DNA of 29,742 bases, from positions 1 to 29,742 of the forward strand of contig JBDKTL010000044.1 of NCBI GenBank assembly GCA_039698055.1, read 5' to 3'. Shown here piece by piece: positions 7,766 to 15,737 of this stretch (positions are counted from its first letter, which is position 1; each line of letters starts with the position of its first letter). The DNA is from Methanoregula sp. (GTDB lineage Archaea; Halobacteriota; Methanomicrobia; Methanomicrobiales; Methanospirillaceae). The position numbers and the translations under genes are program-made. The notes below the pieces were generated by a model. It did no database searches. It worked only from the letters and a program-made list of their open reading frames with translations, and was not told the origin of the DNA.

Positions 7766-9967
7766 TCATCCCCGGGAATGCAGACCCTTTACTGGCAGGA
7801 CATGAAGAATAATGATGGTAATGTCATCGGACTGGGGTGCACTGCCGGTAAATGTCCGGATATCAGAAATAATGGTCCGGATCATTTCCTGTGCCGGACT
7901 GCTGCGGCACCGGCTGGCAACCCGGATAAGGCGCTCTTCGCCATAGGGTTCATAGGTTTCATTGAACGCTTCGGTAACACCATCCGTATAGAATATCACC
8001 CAGTCACCGGGGTACAGGCTGACAATCTCTTCACCATAGACCATTCCGGGGTCCACACCGATTGCCATGCCACCCACTGAAAGGAATGTACCTTCACCCG
8101 AGGCATTGCGAACGATAAGCGGAGGATTGTGCCCGGCATTGGCACAGGACAGCGTCATCGTTTCCGGGTCCAGTACCGCAGAATATGCAGTCACAAACAT
8201 ACCTGACTGGGCATCACGGGAGATCTGCCGGTTTGATTCCCGAAGTCCTGACAGGATATCCTCTTTTCCTTCAATACCTGCCCGGAGCAGTGTCCTTGAC
8301 ATCGCCATGAAAAGTGCCGCACTGACACCTTTTCCGGAAACATCGGCGATGAGAAGTGCCCAGCGATTCCTGGTTAACGGAACGAAATCATAGAAATCCC
8401 CGCCGATCTCCATAGCCGGAATCATCTGTGCCGCGATCTCAAACCCGGGAATTTCCGGTGTAATTTTAGGAAGGAAACTGGTCTGGATATTCCCGGCAAT
8501 TTCCATCTCTTTTGCATATCGTTCCTTTTCTGCGGTGGTGCGGCGCAGGGTTGCGATATTTTTCTGAAGATCTTGTGCCATGGAATTAAACGAATTGCCC
8601 AGATCTTCAAATTCGTCGCCGGAAGATATGTGAACCCGATAGTCAAGATCGCCGTTTCCGAGGGCAACTGTACCCTGTTCAAGATCTTTTACCGGCTTTG
8701 TGATAATACGGGCAAGAATCACAGAAATTACCAGCACCAGCAGGAGAATGACCCACAAGAGGAGAGCAAAAATTGTACTGAACCGGGTTGTCTCTTTTTT
8801 AATCTCCATACTGGATGATTCCGTTGCTCCGGTGAGTTGACGTTCAAATTGGTTTACCGGATCGGTTATCTGGCTCACCGGCAGTGAGACTGCGAGACTC
8901 CAGTTCATTGATGTGACCGGTGCATATGCGACATAGGTCTCGTTCTGGGCAAACCAGACCCGGTCTATGCCGGTTTTGCCGGCAGTCATATTTTTTGTGA
9001 CAGCAAAAAGCCACGGATCAGGCATTAAAAAGGCATTTTCCCCTGCAAATGGTTTGTCCCAGGTTGTTGTACCAGCATTCAGCCCGGGCCTGCTGATGAC
9101 ATCTCCATTCTGGTTAATGAGAACGGCATAGCCCTTTCCTCCAAGGGTATTCCCAAGAAAATCTTCGTTGATTGTTGTGACGGATACGTCGGAACCGATA
9201 ACCCAGTGCCCGAATTGGGGGTTATAGAGTGCACGGGAATACGTCATGGTAAGATTTTTATCGGCAGCATCAACATACGGTTTTTTTGACCATTGCGGCT
9301 GCCCCGTTGCAGCTGTTGCAGTCGTGAACCAGTCACGTAGCCGCGGATCATAGTTGGGGGGTGTTGTGTTGTTCCAGGGATACATCAACATCATGCCGGA
9401 ATCCGTAGCAACATACACCTGGGTCATGTCTTTATCTGCTCTGTAAACCGCTCTGATACTGTCTGCGAGGCCGGCGAGTACATGGGATTCGCGAGAAGAT
9501 GGGGTTACTGTAGCCGATGGTGCAAACAGGATAAGCGCACCATTGAGAGGGTCCCCCGGGCCATATTCCGGGGGATACAATTTTGTGAACGGGATGAGCG
9601 GAGAATTGTTCTGGAGGAGAACGGTATTTGCCGCCAGGATGGCCATCTCCGAATTAGAGTCTTCAAAGAGTGTATTTGTGATCTCAGCCCTATCCGAAGC
9701 TACACGGAGCAGATACTCCTCTCCCACATTTTGAAGTTCCTGCGAACTATTGTTTACCGCAATATTGCCAAGTTCCTCACTGCTTGCTCTGGCATATGAA
9801 CCGATACTGCCGATAGCTGAAAATGCATAAAAACCTGTAATAAGAAGGGAAATAAGAGCAAGTGAAAGGAACAGGACAAGGATTTTTGCCTGCACCGTAA
9901 GACGTATCGGGTTTTTTGCAGCAGGTGTCATGATACGAATTGCATGATTGTCATTTAATTCCGGCAC
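7766..9967 (-). CDS. Membrane-bound dCache_1-HAMP-PP2C (SpoIIE/RsbU-family) Ser/Thr phosphatase
   Basis: TM, extracellular dCache (YDPRLRDWF...PYVDA), TM, HAMP (ITKPVKDL...DEFEDLGNSFNSM), then PP2C motifs GGDFYD, IADVSGKG, NAGH, YTDGVTEA and DDIT. The start may be ATG 9931. Confidence 0.93.
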   Translation of the reverse strand: MPELNDNHAIRIMTPAAKNPIRLTVQAKILVLFLSLALISLLITGFYAFSAIGSIGSYARASSEELGNIAVNNSSQELQNVGEEYLLRVASDRAEITNTLFEDSNSEMAILAANTVLLQNNSPLIPFTKLYPPEYGPGDPLNGALILFAPSATVTPSSRESHVLAGLADSIRAVYRADKDMTQVYVATDSGMMLMYPWNNTTPPNYDPRLRDWFTTATAATGQPQWSKKPYVDAADKNLTMTYSRALYNPQFGHWVIGSDVSVTTINEDFLGNTLGGKGYAVLINQNGDVISRPGLNAGTTTWDKPFAGENAFLMPDPWLFAVTKNMTAGKTGIDRVWFAQNETYVAYAPVTSMNWSLAVSLPVSQITDPVNQFERQLTGATESSSMEIKKETTRFSTIFALLLWVILLLVLVISVILARIITKPVKDLEQGTVALGNGDLDYRVHISSGDEFEDLGNSFNSMAQDLQKNIATLRRTTAEKERYAKEMEIAGNIQTSFLPKITPEIPGFEIAAQMIPAMEIGGDFYDFVPLTRNRWALLIADVSGKGVSAALFMAMSRTLLRAGIEGKEDILSGLRESNRQISRDAQSGMFVTAYSAVLDPETMTLSCANAGHNPPLIVRNASGEGTFLSVGGMAIGVDPGMVYGEEIVSLYPGDWVIFYTDGVTEAFNETYEPYGEERLIRVASRCRSSPAQEMIRTIISDIRTFTGSAPQSDDITIIILHVLPVKGLHSRG

Positions 9968-10220
9968 CGCGAAACATGCACGAGCCGGGAATGGTACACG
10001 TCACTTCGGAACTTTTGTCTATGTTTGTAATGGCGGTATGGGTAAAAAAATCAATACCTTCGTATCCGGTTGTAAAGGAAATACCGGCACTGCACAACCT
10101 TTGACAGTTTACGGAAGATAAGGGTTCGACACCATCACGTTAGCAGGTTAACCGGCATTTCATGAAATAAGAATATAAAAAAACGCATATCAAATCCCGG
10201 CAGAGAGATAAAAAAAAAGA

Positions 10221-10562
10221 TTACTCAGGTTTATCAAGTTTTTTCCGGATTTCCCGGATATGGGTCAGCATTTCATCCGAGAGCGGGGTGACCCGGTAGT
10301 TCAGGTTATTTTCAATCTGCCAGAACCCGATCTTCTCGTCATAATGCCCGATGAGGTAACAGCCGAGAATGTATACCGGAATGGCGAGTATGATGACCAT
10401 GGGCAGTGTCAGGCCAAGATGAATATAAAAAAAGTCTTCGAACAGTTTGGCGTTCGCGGTAATAATCCCAAAGTTCAAGAGAATCTGTGTCCACGATGTG
10501 CCCCGGGTATAGCGCTGTTTGAACAGTGCCAGTGTGTAGAGCAATCCTTTATTTTCTGTCAT
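10221..10562 (-). CDS. Hypothetical small membrane protein (113 aa)
   Basis: Isolated ORF with two hydrophobic segments, a charged C-terminus and an oligo-T tract after the stop. Confidence 0.75.
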   Translation of the reverse strand: MTENKGLLYTLALFKQRYTRGTSWTQILLNFGIITANAKLFEDFFYIHLGLTLPMVIILAIPVYILGCYLIGHYDEKIGFWQIENNLNYRVTPLSDEMLTHIREIRKKLDKPE

Positions 10563-10853
10563 ATGTGGAATTTTTTTACGATACCTGACAAGAAATGCTT
10601 TCTCCTGCCCGGGGGTGCATGGACAATTTCAACCGGTTTTCATGAAAGAGGGCTGAGGTAACTGGCGGCTCAATGCATATACGGGAAATATGAGATTTCC
10701 TCTCCCGGCACACATGTGCCAATAAAAGATACTAACTACCTCCACTCACTATTTTATTAGGATTATCAAGAACACTGTGTGAAGAAAAATCAGTTAAAAC
10801 AAAATGACTGCCCGTAACCAGCACAATCGTTACCGGGCACGGCATTTTCGTGG

Positions 10854-11465
10854 ATGGTGATAATTATCGTCGAGCCACTTATTTCACCCGGGATCTTTAC
10901 CTTTGTCATCGTGCCCCTGCTGATATTTGGCGCCCGTATCTGTGATATGAGTCTTGACACCCTCCGGGTCATCTTCATGTCAAAGGGGATTAAATATATC
11001 CCACCCTTTATTGGTTTCTTTGAAGTGATCATCTGGCTGGTGGCCATCGGGCAGGTGATGAATAACCTGACCAATGTCGTCTGCTATATCGCATACGGTG
11101 CCGGGTTTGCAACCGGGACGTTTATCGGTATGGCCATCGAAGAGAAATTATCCCTTGGTCTCACCAGTGTCCGGATTATTACCAAAAAGGACCCGGCAGA
11201 ACTGATACAATTTTTGAGGGCTCATGATTATGGCGTCACGAGCGTAAACGGGGAAGGCGGGACCGGCCCGGTAAAAATGGTGTTTACCATTATCAAACGT
11301 AAGGATCTTGCCCACATCGTCAGTATGATAAAGCTCTATAACCCGAACGCTTTCTATTCGGTAGAAGAAGTGAAATCAGTGGCTGAAGGAGTATTTCCTG
11401 AAAGGCCATCGATGGGAATTTTCGGGTGGAGGTATTTACTGAGATGGGGAAGAGTCCGCAAATAA
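10854..11465 (+). CDS. DUF2179 / UPF0316 (YebE-like) membrane protein
   Basis: IFGARICDMSLDTLR, GFFEVIIW, YGAGFATGTFIG and a C-terminal P-II-like PNAFYSVEEV segment. Confidence 0.9.
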   Translation: MVIIIVEPLISPGIFTFVIVPLLIFGARICDMSLDTLRVIFMSKGIKYIPPFIGFFEVIIWLVAIGQVMNNLTNVVCYIAYGAGFATGTFIGMAIEEKLSLGLTSVRIITKKDPAELIQFLRAHDYGVTSVNGEGGTGPVKMVFTIIKRKDLAHIVSMIKLYNPNAFYSVEEVKSVAEGVFPERPSMGIFGWRYLLRWGRVRK

Positions 11466-11697
11466 TTCACGCAGCTGGCTAAATATGCAGGACAGGAGTA
11501 CATCTGAACCGGATTGAACGGTGATCATGTGCCAATTCAGATTTTTTATCAGGGAGATGAATTCTTACCCCCTTGCGTGACTGACGCGAGGCATTTTATT
11601 AAACAGCGTGAGATTGGCAACCTGCCCGTAACACTTCACTAAAAAAGGATAAACACGAACGGTTATGCCGATTTACTATCGGGAATAAAAAAAAATA

Positions 11698-12879
11698 TTA
11701 AAAGTCAGTCATGACCCGGAACTGGTCAATTTCTTCCCGGTCAAGCTGCTCGAGGAACTCATCGGCAGCATGGCGGATATCTTTGCTTGCCGTTATTGCC
11801 CGGCCGACAACAAGGATATCTGCTCCCGCTTTAAGTGCATCCTTGACGACATTCACGCGCACACCCCCGGCTGTTGCAACCAGAAGCTTGCCGCCGGCTG
11901 CTTTCTTGATTGCCGCAATGTCTCCCCATGCATGGGCGGTCTCTTCGGTGTCAATTGCACGGTGAAGTTCCACGATGTCCGGCTTGATTTTGAGTTTCTC
12001 GATAAGTTTTGCCGGGCTCTGGACATTGAGCATATCCACGATTGAATAAATTCCAACCTTGCGGGCTTCGCTGATTGCTTTTTCAATCGTTGATGTCGGT
12101 GCAAGCCCCGAAACCACCACTGCATCGGCAGAGGCGTCTGCTGCCATCCGTGCTTCGAGGTTGCCGGTATCAAGGATCTTCATATCCGCGATGATGAACG
12201 CGCTCGGACGCAGTTTGCGGATCTCGGAAATAACCGACAGGCCGAATTTCTTAATAAGCGGGGTTCCCGCTTCAATAATCAGGTGGTCATTATCGGGGAG
12301 TTCCCTTAACACCTGTGCAACCTTGCCCATATCGACAAGATCCATGGCAGCCTGCAGGTACGGTGGGTCCCAGAGGCGCTGGACCTTGAATCCCATGATG
12401 CCGTGAGCGGCCCGATCCTTTTCATAGATCAGGGTCTTTTCGTCCGGGAACTTGTCGAGCGCCCGGTGGATGGAAAGCTTGGTCGCGCCGTAATTGAACC
12501 GGTAAATCTTGTTATAATCCTCAGCGTCCGGGTGGACAAATGCCGAAACAAGAATAACGGTTTTCTCGATATCGATACCGGCAAACGTGCCTTCTTCGAG
12601 GCAGTCTGCAACCGCCTTTGCAACCGCTGCCTGAACCGGGCCAAACATTTCGTTGACATGCGCCATGTCTTTTAACGTTACTTTCGGGATGACAAGGGTG
12701 ACCGGCTTTGTCAGCAGGTTCGGACGGACAACCGCAAGGAGGGGTGTGTGCCCTTCCGAGAGCTGCGAGATTGCATTTGCAAATGCTGTGCCAATCGGGC
12801 CTTCCTTATCCCCCATCAGCAGGTCGATATGCGCCAGTTCGGCGCCTTCGCCAATAAGTGCTTCTCCAACTAAATACAT
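11698..12879 (-). CDS. fae-hps: Bifunctional formaldehyde-activating enzyme / 3-hexulose-6-phosphate synthase
   Basis: Start MYLVGEALIGEGAELAHIDL (Fae domain); HPS domain PYLQAAMD, IIEAGTPLIK, ADMKILDTG; 393 aa. Confidence 0.96.
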   Translation of the reverse strand: MYLVGEALIGEGAELAHIDLLMGDKEGPIGTAFANAISQLSEGHTPLLAVVRPNLLTKPVTLVIPKVTLKDMAHVNEMFGPVQAAVAKAVADCLEEGTFAGIDIEKTVILVSAFVHPDAEDYNKIYRFNYGATKLSIHRALDKFPDEKTLIYEKDRAAHGIMGFKVQRLWDPPYLQAAMDLVDMGKVAQVLRELPDNDHLIIEAGTPLIKKFGLSVISEIRKLRPSAFIIADMKILDTGNLEARMAADASADAVVVSGLAPTSTIEKAISEARKVGIYSIVDMLNVQSPAKLIEKLKIKPDIVELHRAIDTEETAHAWGDIAAIKKAAGGKLLVATAGGVRVNVVKDALKAGADILVVGRAITASKDIRHAADEFLEQLDREEIDQFRVMTDF

Positions 12880-13054
12880 GGAACTCTCCGTTCTCCTTAT
12901 GTATATAGGATGGTCGATGATGATAAATTTATCAAACAAGGTTTTCCCATAAGACGGCTTTTACCAGGAAAGGAATACCGGGCCAATGATGTTCGCCCCA
13001 TACCCTGTCAGCCAGACAACAGGTTGAACTCTTGTGCTGTAATAAAAAAGAGGA

Positions 13055-13444
13055 TTATGTCATCTTTTTTGCATCGCGTTCTGCAAATACTTCCTTTGCC
13101 GCGGCAAGGCCGTTGAGGGCGGCAGGGAACCCGGCATAAACCCCCATCATCATAATCGTTTCGACGATTTCTTTGCGGCTGACTCCTACGTTAAGCGCAC
13201 CGTGAATGTGCACCCGCAGCTGCGGGCCTGCATTTCCAAGAGCCGTCAGTGCAGACACGACCGCAATCTCCCGTGAGTGCAGATCAAGACCCGGCCTGCT
13301 GTAGATATCGCCGAATGCAAATTCAATGAGATACCTGCCAAATTCCGGGGAGATATCCCTGAGGCTTTCAAGAACCTTTTCGCCCGCTTCACCATCCACT
13401 TCCTTGAGCTTGGCCCAGCCGCGTTCATAGCGTTCGCTTTCCAT
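13055..13444 (-). CDS. Carboxymuconolactone decarboxylase (CMD/AhpD-like) family protein
   Basis: FAFGDIYSRPGLDLHSRE, QLRVHIHGALNVG and YAGFPAALN motifs. Confidence 0.93.
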   Translation of the reverse strand: MESERYERGWAKLKEVDGEAGEKVLESLRDISPEFGRYLIEFAFGDIYSRPGLDLHSREIAVVSALTALGNAGPQLRVHIHGALNVGVSRKEIVETIMMMGVYAGFPAALNGLAAAKEVFAERDAKKMT

Positions 13445-13569
13445 GAATCAGGATACTACAAACCGGGATTTAAAGACAACGACACCAGCCGTGATATAAG
13501 AAAAGGATGGATGCAACCGGCCAAAAACAACAACAAACGGATTCATAACGGATTGTTTAAGAGAAAACG

Positions 13570-13742
13570 TGGGGTTGGTGAGATTTGAACTCACGATCGA
13601 CGGGTCTCTCCGACATGCGCATCAGTGCTCCAACGGGTCATCATCGAATCAACTCAGTAGACCCATTGTTCATCATCTGCGAGCACGTAAGAACGCAAAG
13701 ACCGCTGGAGCCCGTCGCCATTCCGGGCTAGGCCACAACCCC
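13570..13742 (-). tRNA. tRNA-Trp(CCA) with a 99-nt intron at 37/38 (exons 13742-13705 and 13605-13570)
   Basis: Acceptor stem GGGGTTG/CAACCCC-A, anticodon stem ACGGG/CCCGT, loop CT-CCA-G^A, T arm GTGAG-TTCAAAT-CTCAC. BHB motif with central helix CTCC/GGAG and bulges AGC and AGA. The 3' CCA is not encoded. Confidence 0.97.
13606..13704 (-). ncRNA. Intron-encoded box C/D guide sRNA
   Basis: Box C ATGATGA (13670-13676), D' CTGA (13654-13657), C' ATGATGA (13638-13644), D CTGA (13622-13625). The guides are complementary to the pre-tRNA around C39 and C34. Confidence 0.93.
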
Positions 13743-13979
13743 TCTGGTCATGCTAGGCAACCTTCACGCCTACAGCTGACTATACACAATCGCGTTGACG
13801 AAATTTAATGGTTTTCCTTTTCTCGCCAAATCCGGGTAGATTTACGGCTTCCAGAGGATTCCACACATATCACCGGTTGGACCAGATGACGATTCCCGGT
13901 TGTATACCGGAATGCAGCCAGACAACGGCCCTCTTAAAAAACGGGAAAGGCAACCCTGGCAAAAAAATGTCCGGTGCCG

Positions 13980-14924
13980 CTATTCCGGCGCTGTACCTGC
14001 GGGAGTACTTGTCGGCACAATACTCACGGAACTTTTTGGGATTTTTTGTTCGAGAGATATTTTTATCCGGTCTATCGTTTCCTGAACTTCGCCCATCCGT
14101 TCGCCGCTTTCAAACTCGAGGAAAATTTCGATATAGACATTGCTCCCGGAACGGCGCGAACGCACCCCGTGCAGCGCATAATACTCATCGAAGAATGCCG
14201 CGAGTTCACGGACAATCACGATCTGGAGTTCCTCGTCAAGCGTTTTATCCAGAAGATCCGGCAGGGAACTGGCAATTACCCGGTACCCGGAAAAGAAGAG
14301 GAATCCTGCGATGATAAACGAGGCAAGGGGATCGATATATACCGACCATGCAAATCCCGAAAGTCCGACCGACAGGATAAGCGAGAGGAAAACTGAGAAA
14401 TCCGAAAGGGCTTTTGTCCGAAAAAGCCGCCACTGGGAATCCATAATGGGCGATGGATCGATCAGTGCCAGCCGGTAGTTCTTGCGCCAGAGCCATGAAT
14501 TGGCACAGACACCAATGAACATGAGGACAATACCAAAGACAGCACCATACGACCTGATGGGTTCAGGAAATTCGATGCGGTTGACCGCGGAATAGAACAC
14601 AAACGCGAGTGAGATAAACATCACGCCGCCGGTGATAATGGAAGTTACGGTCTCGAATTTGCCCATGCCATAATCGTAGATCCCGGCGCTGCCACGGGAA
14701 ATTTTTCTGAGGGTTATCCATGCAAAGAAGGTAGCAAGAATTTCGTTGGCGCATTTGAGCACATCGGCATACATGACGATAGAACCGGCGAGCAGGGCTG
14801 CGGCGATATCCGGAAGCCAGAGGATGGTATCTACAGCAAGGCTTGTAAAAACCATCCGCTCCTTTGCTGCAGGAGAAGTTGTATCTTCATTTTTGCCAGG
14901 GACAGGTACCGGACCATGTGCCAT
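13980..14924 (-). CDS. Cation diffusion facilitator (CDF/FieF-like) family transporter, divergent
   Basis: About six TMs, YDYGMGKFE loop, YIDPLASFII, and a C-terminal domain HGVRSRRSGSNVYIEIFLEF; canonical metal ligands are altered. Confidence 0.88.
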   Translation of the reverse strand: MAHGPVPVPGKNEDTTSPAAKERMVFTSLAVDTILWLPDIAAALLAGSIVMYADVLKCANEILATFFAWITLRKISRGSAGIYDYGMGKFETVTSIITGGVMFISLAFVFYSAVNRIEFPEPIRSYGAVFGIVLMFIGVCANSWLWRKNYRLALIDPSPIMDSQWRLFRTKALSDFSVFLSLILSVGLSGFAWSVYIDPLASFIIAGFLFFSGYRVIASSLPDLLDKTLDEELQIVIVRELAAFFDEYYALHGVRSRRSGSNVYIEIFLEFESGERMGEVQETIDRIKISLEQKIPKSSVSIVPTSTPAGTAPE

Positions 14925-15084
14925 AATGAGTTTTCATTTTTTAGTGTTCTTCCTAAAAAAAGACCATCCATTTGCACGCAGAAAAAACCCTGCTACCGGT
15001 ACCGGGAATGTCACGGATTTTCAAATTGGAAATTTATTAATGAAAGAATGGGGTCTCCCGGCACGGAACCCGTGGTGTGTCCGA

Positions 15085-15435
15085 TCAGGTGCCGGCTTCC
15101 GATGCCATTGCCGCTACCGCATCGTTGAGGGCAGGATACATAGTCAGGATGGGGATAAAACCGGCAAGGGTAAATACTTTTTTTACTTCGTCGCTTACAC
15201 CGCAGAGAGCAAATTTCCCTCCGGAATTTTTCTGACCCTTTGCCATTGCAAGAACGACACGCAGACCGCTGCTGTTGATATAGGTCACCTGCGAAAAATC
15301 AAAAAGGATTTTTGCAGCCTGCCCTGCTGTGATCTTCTTTACCTCCGTATCGAGAAGCAAGACCGAAACTGCATCGATCTTTCCCGATACGGCAACGATT
15401 AAAATACCCTGCTGGATTTTGGTTGAAATATCCAT
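15085..15435 (-). CDS. STAS-domain protein (anti-sigma-factor-antagonist, RsbV/SpoIIAA-like)
   Basis: VSGKID...LFDFSQVTYINSSGLRVVL with the conserved phosphorylatable Ser; probable start MDISTK at 15435. Confidence 0.93.
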   Translation of the reverse strand: MDISTKIQQGILIVAVSGKIDAVSVLLLDTEVKKITAGQAAKILFDFSQVTYINSSGLRVVLAMAKGQKNSGGKFALCGVSDEVKKVFTLAGFIPILTMYPALNDAVAAMASEAGT

Positions 15436-15737
15436 TTTTGGTTCTCCCAAAAAAAAATTAAACGGTGACGGTCTGCCGGATTATGACAGATACTTTTTTC
15501 CGTGTATTCCTGTTTTCAATTGCGATGTAATCAAATTTTGTACATGGGGGCCAGTTCCCATAAAAAAACAGGTTCGTGTAAAAACCGGGATAATTCCTTT
15601 TTTTAAACTCCACAACGGTGAGATCTGTTTATTATCATCCAGTTGTACTGGTTCAGTCTCCCCTTAAGCAGATTACCCATCGCATGAATAAAAAAAATCA
15701 TTAATCATATATCCTGTCATCGCCCCATATTTTATAG

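Noticed and set aside
11549-11602. GGGAGATGAATTCTTACCCCC... considered as a fluoride riboswitch
   Set aside because: Lacks the pseudoknot and 3' CTGATG/CTAATG elements and sits between convergent 3' ends. Two weak hairpins only.
13569-13808. 79-aa plus-strand ORF
   Set aside because: Antisense to the tRNA-Trp gene.
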